Shown: positions 37,145 to 50,500 of the stretch, in pieces
Position numbering within the stretch: the first letter of the stretch is position 1
Layout: each line of letters starts with the position of its first letter
From: Camelus dromedarius
Lineage: Eukaryota
Direction: 5' to 3'
Assembly: GCF_036321535.1 (NCBI RefSeq)
Contig: NC_087447.1
Coordinates: 42,906,001-42,970,000 of the forward strand
DNA: 64,000 nt
The notes under the pieces: generated by a model
Told to the model about the DNA's origin: nothing
The model's database searches: none
The model's input: the letters and a program-made list of their open reading frames with translations, nothing else
Translations under genes and position numbers: made by a program

Positions 37145-38750
37145 CTTTTTTTTATTGAGAATATACCATATAATTCACCCTTTTAAACTGTAAAATTAAG
37201 TTTTTGCAATCATCAGACTGTCTAATTTTAGAATGTTTCATCACCCCCAAAATGAAGCCCCACATCCATTTGCAGTCACTCTCCATTCTCTACCTCACCC
37301 CTGCACCTGGCAAACACTAATCTGCTTTCTCTCTGTATGGATTTGCCTATCATTGTGGGCATCTTATGTAAATGGAATCATGCAATATGGGGTCTTTTTG
37401 CATTTGACTTCTTTCATTAAGCATGATGTTTCCAAGAATCATTTCTGTTGCAATGTGTATCTATCCTTCCTTCTTTCTATAACCAAATAAAATTCCATTG
37501 TATAGTTATAACACACTGTTTTTTGTTTGTTTGTTTTTTTAAATTAATTTATTTTTTAATTGAAGTATACTTAGTTACAGTGTGTCAATTTCTGGTATAC
37601 AGCATAATGTCCCAGTCATGCATATATATATATATATTTGTTTTCATATTTTTTCATTAAAAGATATTATAAGATATTAAATATAGTTCCCTGTGCTATA
37701 TAGAAGAAATTTGTTTTTTATCTATTTTTATATATAGTGGTTAACCTTTGCAAATCTCAAAGTCCCAAATTTATCCCTTCCCACCCTTTTTCCTCCAGCA
37801 GCCATAGGATTGCTTACTATGTCTGCAAGTCTGTTTCTGTTTTGTAGATTAGTTCATTAGTGTCCTCTTTTTTCTTTTCTTTTTTGTAGATTTCACATAT
37901 GAGTAACAGATTGTTTTTATCCTGTCATCAGTGGATAGCCATTTGGGTTATTTCTTCTTTTGCTCTCATGAATGATGCTGCTATGAATATTTGTATATAC
38001 ATTTTTGTATTGATGTATCTTTTTATCTCTTGAGTATGTATCTAGAAATAGAATTGCTGGTCATATGGTAACTCTAAGTGTAACTGTTTGAAGACTGCCA
38101 AACTGTTCTCCAAAGTGGTTGCACCATTTTACATTCCCACTAGTATTGCATGAGGATTCTCATTTCTCCACATCATCACCGACCCTTTTTTATTGTCTGC
38201 CTTTTTGATTATAGTCATCTGCATAGGTGTGAAATGATACTTTATTATACTTTTGATTTGCATTTCCCTGATGACTAATGATGTTGGACATCTCTGGCCA
38301 TTTGTATATCTTCTTTGGTGAAGCATCTAACTCCTTTGTTTATTTTTTATTTGGATTATCTTTTTATTCTTGAGTTGTCAGAGTTTTTTTATATGTTCTG
38401 GGTACTAGACCCTTACTAGACATATGATTTGCTAATATTTCCTCCCATTCTGTAGGTTGTCTTTTTGCTTGCTTGGTAGTGTCCTTTGAGGAGCAAAAGG
38501 TTTTAATTTTATAAAGTTCAGTATATCTGTTTTTACTTTGATTATTTGGCTTTAGATATCATATCTAAAAACACCATTGCCTAAATCAAGGTCATGAAGA
38601 TTTACTCATATGTTTTTTTCCTAAGAGTTTTGTGGTTTTAGCTCTTGTATTTAGGTCTTTGATCCATTTGAGCTAATTTTTGTATATATGTATGAAGTAG
38701 GTGTCCAAATTCATTCTTTTGCATGTGGATAACCAGTTGTCCCAGGACCA
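37145..38750 (-). mobile_element. Old L1M 3' region interrupted by a younger L1 3' end
   Basis: Antisense L1 ORF2 end and 3'UTR (minus ORF ...CPTSLVIREMQIK..KYHFTP); younger insert at 37524-37903. Confidence 0.8.
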
Positions 38751-41700
38751 CTCACATTAGTGAACATTAATGTCCTCACATTATTTGAGTCAACTTGTGA
38801 GTCATGTTTTGAGGAAGCAAAATTTGGTTGATTCCTTGTCATCTCAACTGGATGCCACCATCCTACACAGAAGACACTCCAGGCAAAGGAGCATCTGTAT
38901 TACTTACAATATTCATGAAGGCTTATAACTTGGTGAATTGTCTTGTAGGGGATGTAAGCTTCGGGGCTGCTTCCACCTCCAGTCTAATGTAAGGCCTCTC
39001 AAGTGGACCTGTGTAGCTGTCTCCTTGCCATCTTTCCCCTGAATCATAACCTGATTCCCACTTGACCTTTCGTGGAAAGAGAAGAGTAGAAGAGGCATTG
39101 CTTCCTTCTAAGCAGGAGAGGCCCTAAAATTTTCCTTCCAGACTCATGGGAGGACCTGGGAAGAGTTGTGGACTTTTCGACAAAGAAAAGGGGACATTCT
39201 CAAGGGAAGGCAGAGCTTTTCCACCTCCTTATACTTCCCACTGAAAGCTCCTCTCTCTGGAATTGTGACCTAATTGAGCCTTGGCTTGTTTCAGAACCCC
39301 TTTTCCTTGGAATGGAGAGATAGGGAAGGAAGATTTGTGTGCTTCACAGAGGTTCAAATGTGCAGTCTGGGAAAAGCTTAGGATTGGGTCAGGCTCACCT
39401 GAGTTCAGATTTTGTCCCTGCATCCCTATTTTTGATTTCCTTTTCTATAAAATGGGGTTTATAATCCCAGCTTCCCAGGATTATTATGGAAAACAAATCA
39501 AATATCATATATAAAGTGCCTAACATGCTTGTAGCTCCTCAATAAATTCATTTCCCTTCTCTCTTTTCCAGATTTTCTGGTAAATTTGTATAAATACAGT
39601 GTTTTTTTAAACACCATAGAATCTTAGCATTGGAAGGGCATATGGTCATAACCATAACACTTTGCTGAATCTGTCAAAGCTCTTTTTCATGTTTATTCAC
39701 TCAATTTTGATTTATTCAGTCAATTTTTATTGATCACTTTATTGTGTTTCAGGCACTGTTCTCTGTGTGCCTGTCATAAATCAGCAGAGGAGAGGTGACA
39801 GATGTACATGACACAGAGCCTGCCACGTGGTTGCCATTTCACTTACCCTGCTTCTCTCATTTGATTCATTTACTTACTCAGTTATGAGCCAGACATTATG
39901 CTGGTTTCATTGAATACAAAGATCCAGTCTTTGAGAGCTCACAGTCTGTTGTGGAAGGAAGCAGACCAAGAAATTCTTATCTTCTATGGGAGGTGCTAGA
40001 AGAGACTGGATCGGTCTGTGGGAGCTGGAGGAGAGCACACCCGAGTCTGCGAGGGGGAGTCAGGGAAGAATGAGTGGAACGGGAAAGGAGTCTGAGGCAG
40101 AATGAACAGGAGGCCCAAAGGCCTGGAGGTGGGAAAGAGTGTAGATTCTTAAGGAAGTGGATATCCAGGGGATTGATCAAAGACAATGGCTTGACAGGCC
40201 AGCAGTGCCCAGCTTACAAAGAGCCTGCATGTGCCAGGCTGAGATGTGAGGTCAGTTTAGATGGAGAAGACAGAAGCATAATTTGTCATTAAGAGTGAAC
40301 TTGGTTTTATTCTTCTTTTCTAAGCCTAGCTTAAAAAAAAATGTCCTTTTCTTTGTCTTATGTCTTTGGCATTTTCCCCAAGCACCTGAGATTTGGGCTT
40401 TTGCTTTCCTGATTCTCTAGTTATAGCATCCTGCCACTTTAATATCGTCCTAGGTTACTTGCCTGTCTACTTTGGGGTTATGACTTCATAGCTCATGGAC
40501 AGCTCCCTCTGTGGCCATTTACTTTCTCTGGAAGAGTCTCTGTCCTGTTTGCCCCAGGGCTTACTTGGTAAGAGGAAAGACCAATTAGGCTGGCAGAGAC
40601 TAGTGGAGAGAGCCGTTGGAGCAGGGCCAGGTACAGGGGCAGGCCCCTGACCTGGAGGTGCTGTCTCTGGTGCTTCTGATGTCGGCATAGTCATAGCCCC
40701 TCTTCTCATCTCCTCCCACAGTCACTCACTGCTGGGCTCTGCTCCGGGGCTGTCTCTAAGGTCCCTGTTGTTTTACCATAATTCAGGGTAACTGAGGGGT
40801 TGAAGAGTGTCCCAGCAGCTCAAAAGTCTTAGTCTTGTTGAGGGCAGCCTCCTTCATGTAGCCAGTCATTTACCCCCTCGAGACACAGTCTACATTGGCC
40901 CTTCAGACATGAAAGAACTTGTCTGACTTTCCAGAGGTCACTTATGTGGGACTTTGTTCTGAGATCCTCCCTCTGTTATAAGTTATTGAAGGAACTGGCT
41001 TTGAAAAGAAGATTGATTAGGGTTTGGGAAGGGACGATATGACAGCTGTTTCCAAATATTTGAAGGGTTGCTGAAGTGTAGCAGATGAGGGGCAAGATTT
41101 TGGTCTTTAATCATGGCCCTCCTTACTAGCGTTTTTGTTTGTTTTCATCTAAATTCCTTTCAGCCTAAAATAATTCTGTGAATTCTGTGATTCAGTAAAT
41201 GAAGCAGGCAGTGACTATGCTGATTAAATCTAGATTCTTGAGGCAGATTGAGTGGCATCATTTTAGCTTTTTGAGCTCAGCCACTAGTGAATTGAAGTTG
41301 TAATAGCTATATTTATTATACTCAGAATTGAATGAGTTATTAATAAGCCATTGCTTAGCCCCATATTATCTCTGTTTTGCAGACTAATTTTTTTCAATAG
41401 GATTTCCTTAATTGTATCAAATGTTTCATTCCTAGAATACTTAACGTGTCTGATTCGTATAATCTCCAGGGAAACTAAACGGTCTTAATTACATCCAGCA
41501 TTTTGATTTCATTTGATTCCTTAGATGAGATTAAAAGTAATTTATTTTAAAGGCTATGACTACTGTCTATATGCTTATTACAAATTTAGAAAGGTTTGAT
41601 CCTATTACATTAGCGTTGCCAACATCTCAGGTAATTTAGGTTGTGGACTAGCATATGGTGTGGTTAACGTCTTTCAGAATGAATAGCTTGATGACACTAT

Positions 41701-42328
41701 TTATATTTTAAATTGCTCTCCCCCCATTTTCCTCATCACTGTCTTTAGGTAGCATTGATTTATATTTTCTATTTATCTAGCCGTTTCCCTAGTGCATGTC
41801 AAGGCTTGCTCCCTAGGAAGCAGAGTGTTCTTTGGTTCTACTCTTTCCCGAATAACTGCTTCCAGGTGAATAAGTAAATGTTGGTAATAATTTGTGGAGT
41901 ATGACTTTTACTTCTACATGCCATTTTTCAACAGAGATATTGGCAAATTGACTCTCACCTAGAGGAGACTGAAGGGCCTGGGACATGAATGGTCTTTAAA
42001 TGGTATGAAGGACGGCTGAGGGTACTGGCGGTGTAGAAAAGCTGGCTATGACCAGGGGGACACATGCCTATTTCCTTCATATCTAGAAGACTGAGTCCTG
42101 TTAAAGATGAACTAGGCATATCTGTAAGGACAGACTAGGTATGACCTGTAGGAAACTTTATAGGGAGATAGTTTTGGCTCAGTATGAGGAAGAACATTCT
42201 GTCATTGGAGTCCAATGAAACAAGCTTCTTGGGGAAAGTAAAGAATGGGCTCTCTGTCGTTGGGAAATTTTTAACAGTGTCCATGTTGTATCAATCAGAT
42301 CTATGACACAGGTCTGTATCAGATGTTC

Positions 42329-42845
42329 TTTTTTTTTTTTTTTTCAGTTCTTTTTTTTTTTTTGTATATATGTATTTTATTGAAGTATAGTCAGTTTACA
42401 ATGTTGTGTCAATTTCTGGTGTATAGCATAATGCTTCAGTCATACGGAACATACATATATTCATTTTCATATTCTTTTTCACCATAAGTTACTACAAGAT
42501 ATTGAATATAGTTCCCTGTGCTATACAGTATGAACTTGTTGTTTATCTATTTTATATATATTAGTTAGTGTCTGCAAATCTCAAACTCCCGATTTATCCT
42601 TTTCCACCCTCTTCCCCCTGGTAACCATAAGTTTGTTTTCTATGTCTATGAGTCTGTTTTGTAAATAAGTTTGTTTCTTTTTTTGTTTTTTTTTAGATTC
42701 CACAGATAAGTGATATCATATGGTATTTTTCTTTCTCTTTCTGGCCTACTTCACGTAGAATGACAATCTCCAGGTCCATCCATGTTGCTGCAAAAGGCAT
42801 TATTTCATTCTTTTTTATGGCTGAGTAGTACTCATTGTATAAATA
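42329..42845 (-). mobile_element. Younger lineage-specific L1 3' end, 5'-truncated
   Basis: Poly-T tail then ttttattgaagtatagtcagtttacaatgttgtgtcaatttctggtgtatagc; clearly similar to 37524-37903. Confidence 0.85.
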
Positions 42846-45119
42846 CTTCTCCATTCTAGGTTTTGCGTTAGTGATTTATATGATTGATTTTATATTCTTG
42901 AACATACCATATCTAGGAAGGCTGTGACACGTAGATAAAAGCTGCCTGACATTAAATTGTCTTTGTAGATAATTCACAAAGTGGATATATACCAAATGCA
43001 CATGTGTACTTATATACATGTCCATACATCTATCTTGTATATTTGAGAATTACTATACTTTGATAGTTTTGTCCTCTGTTCCTATTATAAAATATATCAA
43101 GCTATACGCTATAGAGACTTCTGAATCTCATAAGAACATAGTTTTTTTAAAAAGTTCAAACATTTATTTACCAAATTGATTTAAAAAATCCAGTTGCTAA
43201 ATCTTTAAAACCAAAAAAAAAGAAAAAAAAAGCTTTTGTGGGAGTAAGAATTAAAAACGTGGTTTTATTATGAGAGTATTTGAGAGAGATCTATAGATAG
43301 AAGAATATGGACCTTTGGACATTCAATTAGTGTCTTAGATATTTAAGAATAGGAAGTGGGAGCCTATAGTCATTTTGGAAAATTGTGTGTTCAGACTCCC
43401 TTACTAATTGGATTGTTGAGTACAGTATTAGTGGTTTCAAATGGAATCACAATTCATTGCAATTCTGACCTGGGGTAATAGATATAGAGTTAAAATGGAG
43501 TCCATCTTCCTGAAGAAATACTGATTTTATGAAATGATGAAACTGATTTTAAAATAAAGCATTAAGTGCGAATCACTAAGTTCAAAAAATACTTACAGGC
43601 CCTGTGAAAGAAGATTTAGTGCATTTAGCTTTCAAACAGCTCATTGTGGATGAAATGCCTTTAAATTGATGTGAATTATCATGCCAATAAGTTAATGAAA
43701 TAGAGGAAGTTACATATCTTCTCTTTGGAATGGGCTTAACCTCTAGGGACAGATGGTTCTCTTTCAAAATAGACTTTCTTCTGAAGAGGTAAGCCTCCGT
43801 CTAAGTGTTGGGTTTCTTTTCCAAAGTCTTTAGAGAAGTTTCTTTTTTGGAATGAACCCAAGCACAATGTGGGTGCTATTAAAACTTTGATTTGGTATTA
43901 CGAAAGAAAGTCATTGTGCTGGGAGAAATTCCCTGGTGAGGAAGATACAAGTTTTATGGGACTTTAGAATTCTTTAATACTTTTCATTGCATATGTGATT
44001 ATAGCAGATTATTTCTCTCTTCCATGAACTCGTTTGGAACTCTGAGTTATTGGTAGAATATGGGGAATGTCCTTAAGTTCATTGAGGAGCTAGGTAAATC
44101 CTTGGCAGTCTTGGAGATGAACAGATTGTCTGACTCTGCTAAAAGCAAATCTTCTGTAGGATAGTCTTCTCAGTTCTTACTCCAGCCTGAGTACTGTGCA
44201 ATGTAAATAGTGATATTTAATGTTGAAATAATGATCTTTCAAATATTGGGGTATTTTAAAAAATACTGAACAAATGAATTTTTCACTTGATCTTTGAACA
44301 TTTTAAAGTCATGTTGCTAAGTGAAAATATGACAGTGAATTTCTGTTGAGAATATCCAACATTTTTCTTCACCCACCCCGGGTAGGAAAATATCCTCATG
44401 CATCTTTTTAAAAATGTTAATAATAAGGTCTATGGACAACCATTTTTGAAGTGTTTGAATCACTGTGACTTCTTAGACACCTTGCATGGCGTGGAACAGC
44501 TTTCTTTCTTCTTTTTCTTTTCCCGTTTCTGCTCTCCACTCCGCCCCCCCCACTTTGTTTTTGGTCTCTGTGCTTCTACATAGGATATATAAAGAACCCT
44601 ACATGGAGCTCCTTACTTTGCAAGCTTTTTAGTAGTGTGCCAAGGGGTGAGACTGAGTAGTCATTCTTTCTATTATTAATTCATATTAATTTAAAGCTCA
44701 CTGAATTATCTGCATATTAACTTTTAGCAATTTAACTTCTTTCAGACTTCTTTTCCTTACATCTATGGGAGTTCTCTATCATTTCAGCTGCTATCTTTTG
44801 GCTTATTTGTATAAACAGATTGCTCTTTCTCTCTCTTTCTCTTCCCTCCTTTCCTCCTTTCCATGAACACCAAATACCTACTATGTGCAGTGAGAGTCCT
44901 AAAGATACAATGATGAATTAATGACATCACCTCTGTCTTCATGACAGTCTGGTGGTGAAGAAGTACTTAAGTAATATGATAGAGTGTGATAGAAGTAATA
45001 CCAGAGTTGTGTATAAATTGCCACCAAGTATAGAGGATGGAGAAACTAACTTTGTGTATGGGGACAGCGAAAATAAGAGAATTGAAAATTGACTGTTAAG
45101 GCAGAAGATAAGCTTGAAT

Positions 45120-45310
45120 ATTTATTAATTTTTTTGAAGTATATTTATTTACAGTGTGTTAGTTTCTGGTGTGCAGTGAGTTCTACATATATATTTTTTT
45201 TCATTATAGGTTATTATAAGATATTGAATGTAGTTCCCTGTGCTATATAGTAGGACCTTGTTGTTTATCTATTTTGTATATAATAGTTTATATCTGCTAT
45301 TTTTTTTTCA
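45120..45310 (-). mobile_element. Short L1 3'-end fragment
   Basis: ttataagatattgaatgtagttccctgtgctatatagtaggaccttgttgtttatctatttt. Confidence 0.7.
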
Positions 45311-45419
45311 CTCATTGATATATTTAATCTGCATGGATTTCAGACATTGATTTTTCAGTTCAGTGTGGTGGAACTTACAGTTGGCCAGGAGATTGAAGCA
45401 TGTATTTTATATCTTTAAA

Positions 45420-45610
45420 AGAATAGATAAACAAGATTATACTGTATAGCACAGGGAAATATATACAAGATCTTGTGGTAGCTCACAGAGAAAAAAATGT
45501 GACAATGAATATATATATGTTCATGTATAACTGAAAAATTGTGCTCTACACTGGAATTTGATACATTGTAAAATGATTATAAATCAATAAAAAATGTTAA
45601 AAAAAAAAAA
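45420..45610 (+). mobile_element. Young L1 3' end with AATAAA and poly-A tail
   Basis: actgtatagcacagggaaatatatacaagatcttgtggtagctcac...tataaatcaataaaaaatgttaaaaaaaaaaaa. Confidence 0.85.
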
Positions 45611-46009
45611 GATCTTCTGTGATAGATTTTGTTTGTTTGTTTGTTTCTTTCTTTCTTTGTTTCCAGAGGCTTAGCAGGAGATACACTGTTGCTCATGATT
45701 TCTTGCCTCTGTATCACTGGAAACTATTTCTACCTATTCTTCAGAGAGGCCTCTTTTGCCATTTCCCAAAGATTCTGGCCTGATTTCTGGACAGTCATTA
45801 TGATTAGATTCTATGTCATATTGAATGTCTTCCTAAGACTTTCAGCTTCTATTGTATTTGTATATTGGATAGCTTCCTAAGACTTTCAGCTTCTATTATA
45901 TTTGCTTGGTTTACTTTAGTTTACAAAAATCCTCACACTTAATATTGTTTGCAAAATATCCATAAATCTTGTGAAACCCTATTCATGATAGTAAATAATT
46001 TATTTAACA

Positions 46010-47560
46010 GATAGAGCTTATTGTCTGATGTGGGAATATAGACAAGTAAATAGGCGGTTGAGAAAAGTGCCATGATAGGGGAAGTATACGGTACTGCTTG
46101 ACTCGTAGGAAGGGCACCTAAGCCAGATTTGGAGGCCAGGAGATGTGGTTTTTGGCTGAAATGCCTCTAAATTAAGATGGAAGGATAGGTAGAAATTATC
46201 CAGGTAAAAGGTAGAGTGATGGGGCACAGTGTTTCAAGCCCAGGACATAACAGATGTAGAAGTCTGGACCTGAGAGGCATAGGATCTGAAAGGATTTTTA
46301 GGAACGGGAAGAGTGATAACAGGAGCCAAGACAACAGGGTGGGAAAGTGGATAAGGATGAGGCTTGAGACCATATCACATACATCATATTGGGCTCTTTA
46401 AGCCACGTTAAGAAATCTAGACTTTAACTTATTACTTGTTTGAAGTAACAGAGAGTGGTTGAAGGCTTTCATAAGTAGATACACATGTTAGAAAAACCAT
46501 TTTGGCTGCAGTCTGGAGAATGTATTGGAGAAGGCTAGCGATAAAGAGCTCAGTTAATTGGAGGCTGGTGTGGTTCTCTAGGTAAGAGATACTGGAGTTG
46601 TACAGTAGGGAAATAGCCATGGGCACAACATGACTAAAACTTAGTGGGATGGAGGCTCAGATTAATTGGACGTTGGACTATGTTTTGATTTTCTGTCTTG
46701 ATGAAAAATTTCTGGATTTTATACTACTATAGAGCAAATATCTTATGACGTTTTAAAAAATGATATTTCTGTTGAAAATGGTAGTGAATACTATGAAGTG
46801 TACCTGACATTATTCTAAGCACTTTACATTATATTAATCCTTTTGCACTTTACAACAATCCTATGAGAGGGCTACTAGTATTTTCTCAGATGGGCAGATG
46901 AGAAAACTGAGACAGAGGTTCAGTAGTACTATGCCCAAGGTCAGATAGCTAGTAAGTGCCTAAGCTGGGATTTGAACCATGCTGGTTTGGAGCCAGAGTC
47001 AGATCTCTTAATCACTGCCCTCTCATCCTGGCAGACCGGGGAACGAGGCATGAGCCATCTTCTCCGACTGTCTCTCTCTCCTAGTCTATATCCATTCTGA
47101 AGGGTAGATTAATTCTATAGATATTTAGAGATAGAGGCAGGACTCGTGAATCTAGGGAGAGGGAGTAGAATGACCTTGAGATTTATGGTTTGCCCACTTG
47201 GGTGACCGTAGGACCATTCACTGAAACAGGGGTTCCAGGAGATAGAGGTGGAAAGCAAGTTCAGGCAAGGGTTGAGAGCAGAGGATCAAAGTGAGATAAT
47301 TATGACTGTTGCGAACACGTTGAATTTGAGGTGGTTGTAGGTCATCCTTGTAGATAAATGCATCAGGCAGTTGTTGTGGGGCCCAAGTTGTTTGCTGTCA
47401 CAGTAGATAGAATTCAGAGACCCGTGGCTACCAGGTCCAGGACAGCTTCTGGGAACGAAGTTTTGGTTGACATAGGTAAGAGCCTTCTAGGTGAGGGAAG
47501 AGCAGTATGCTTGATGACATCCTGTAAGAATGGACACTTCCTGGTAAGTGTAGGTGGAAT
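46010..47560 (-). mobile_element. L2 fragments with an intervening MIR (~46780-47020)
   Basis: L2-type antisense text (ttttggctgcagtctggagaatg..., ttgaatttgaggtg...) and MIR core agatgagaaaactgagacagaggt. Confidence 0.6.
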
Positions 47561-50500
47561 GAGCAGTGAAATGAGAAGATCTGAGTTTCTGAGATTCTTA
47601 TTTCAGGAATTGAATTAGTGTTTCAAAATACTTTATAAACAGTAAGTGGGACTACAGATACAAATTGGTGGCATTTGATATTTAATAGAGTAGAAATTAT
47701 ACAGATATGTCTATATAGTGGCAAATATGCACTGGCTCCAATTGACTAGCTTATAAAATTCTAACTCTTTAGCTGATACTTCGGGGTCTGGGCCAATCTC
47801 TAGGGGTTATAAAATGGATGCCATCTTATATGGTATCCAGATATGGTATCCAATATCTTTTTGATACCATATCTTTTTGAAAGAGGAACTAGCAAAATTT
47901 GCTCACTGTGAATAAGAAGAAAGAGAAAAAAATGATTGATGATGACTGTAACTTTGTGACTTCTGAGTCTACAGTACCATTTAAATAGAATATTTAATAA
48001 TAGTTTCCAGGTACTGTCTAAGTGATTTATATACTTGATTTGATCTAATTCTTTCAGTAAGTATTATTACCCCCATTTTACAGATGAGGAAACTGGGGCT
48101 TGGAGAACTTGCCTAAGGCCACACACTGGTAAATGGGAGAGCTGAGACTTAAACCCAGGTCTTTTTATCTACAGAGCTTCTGTGTGTAACTATCATGCTA
48201 TATATTCTTTTAGTTTAAATTTAATTATTTTTTGAATAGATGATAGTTGTACTTAGTACATCATTTAAAAATAGAAGGGTATATAGTGAAAAATTCTTCC
48301 TTTTGTCCCTGTCCTCTTGACCCTAATTTCCCTATAATGAGTATCCTTTCAGAGAGGTATGTGTGTGTATAAATTAAATATATAAAAATAGATGTATAAT
48401 ATACATATAGCATATTAAATATAAATAAAAATTTACCCCTCTTTTACACAAATGGTAGTATACTATGTGCCTTCACTTTTTTTTTTTTTTTTTGCCTAAC
48501 AATAGCTAGGGAGAGTTTTCCAATTAAAAAAAAAGTCCATTTTCAGTTGCTGCATAATATTCCACTGTATGGATGTACACTAGTCTTTTATTGAAGGGTA
48601 TTTGAATGTTTCCAAATATTTTGATATTACTAACAATGCTATGATAAATAACTTTGAATTTAGGTTATTTTACGTTCACTGTATATGGTAAACAAGAACC
48701 AGGGCTCTGAGCATGGTGAAATTCACTGTAGGAAGAACTCTACTTTATTACTAATATGGAAATTTTTTAAAATTCCAAGTACAGGTGTGGTGTGTGATAA
48801 GTCAACAAATCTGTGAGTGCTTTTCCATCAGTATATATGTAAGGGCTTATAGATTTCAAAAATGAGAAAAGAGAAGGTTGTGGCATAGTTGATTGACTCA
48901 GAGTGAGAGATGTCTGCATATGAGCAGTCATTTACTCAACAGAGTGAAACTTTCATTTCTAAAGAAAAATGACTCATTACTGCATGGAAGAACTTCCCTG
49001 GAGAGGCACTGATGCATTTGACCTTTAGTAGGATTATGGTACGATTCTTGTTCAAGAAATTTGCCGTACAAAAATGGCTGTCATGGCTCTGTTGCCATTG
49101 TGTATATTTAGAAAATGGGCAAAAGGGAATTTTTAAGATCTGTATGTAAAATGAGGAAAACTGAAGTAAGCTTGTGTAGAAAGAACTGCAGAGCTGTAAG
49201 ATGGAGAGGTGTGCAAATGGAATATATATTTACATATCCTTTGCTTCTGCATTGGTAGACTATAAAGTGACTATGAAGAGAAACATTAATATTACACAGT
49301 ACTTCTACTTTTCTGTGTTATTGAGTAGATGGTTACTATTTTTCAGGAGTGGTTCTAGATATTTTTAAGTGACAATGAAAAGTATAAAAAGATATTTATA
49401 TGCCCAGATAAACAAGCATAAAGTGGGTGACATGGTAGAATCAGGAAACATATTGAAGATTATTCTGCTTATAGCACATTGCGTAAACAGTAAATAATGA
49501 AGTTTGTGAAAAGTCATAGGCTTTTGAAATTTGAGTGACAAATGAGTTTGATTGGCTCTGTAATATTCTAGTTTATTATGCATTCTTGGAATATCTGTTG
49601 ATTTTTCTTTCTGGGTATTTTCTTTAAGTTTTTTGTTTTTTTTAAGTGTAGTTGATTTACAATGTTACTCTCAGATGTACAGCATTTTCTGTATCTTAGT
49701 TATTGGCTCTAGAATCTATAGTTACTGAACTTTAGAATGCAGATTAACATGACTTTAACTTTATTGAAAAAATTAAAACCTCTTATCCAGAAATGTAGCT
49801 TCTTAGTTTATTTGTATTATATTTGTTAGGTAATTATTGCATATAACAAAGTAATACTATCATATTTTGGTAGCTGTATCATATTAGCTATTATAGTACT
49901 CTCTGTTAACTATGTGCTAGATATGTCTTGGGGTTCCTGTCCTCCTGCATTTTCTATCAGGTGAATCTTCCTTTGCTCAACTTCTGTTCTGACACATCTG
50001 AGTTCCTGCCAGAACCAACTGCCCTCCCTCAAAGTGTGGTTAGACCAGAGTTGGCTCATTGATACATAGGCTTTCCAGCAGTTTATGACCTGCATTGCTT
50101 GATGTGTAAAGGTGAAATGATCAGATGTTCTTATTTGTAGAATACTTGACTATCAGTGTCCAAGAACTCTTACTTCCACAGTTTTTCAGAGTCTACTGAT
50201 ACTGGCTCTGAGGTTACACCTGCAGCTGGGCCTAGGGTGGCTTTGTCCTTCTTTGTCTCACCTTGTCTGTGTGCATCTTCACTTCTCACTTTGGATGTTC
50301 TGTACATTCTCTTTGCTAGGGAAGGAAGAAACAACATAGGAGTTAATACATTTTAGGATGTGATCATATATATATCTTATTACTATTTCATTCTTTTGTG
50401 GGTTGTGACATTTTTATGGAATGCTTACATTTACATTTAGTCTGACATAACAAATTAATCCATTGAGAAAATAACCATAAAACCACCTGTTGTTACCAAA

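Noticed and set aside
45829..45904. CRISPR-like repeat-spacer-repeat
   Set aside because: Only two copies with a 12-nt spacer in mammalian DNA and no cas genes; it is a simple duplication.
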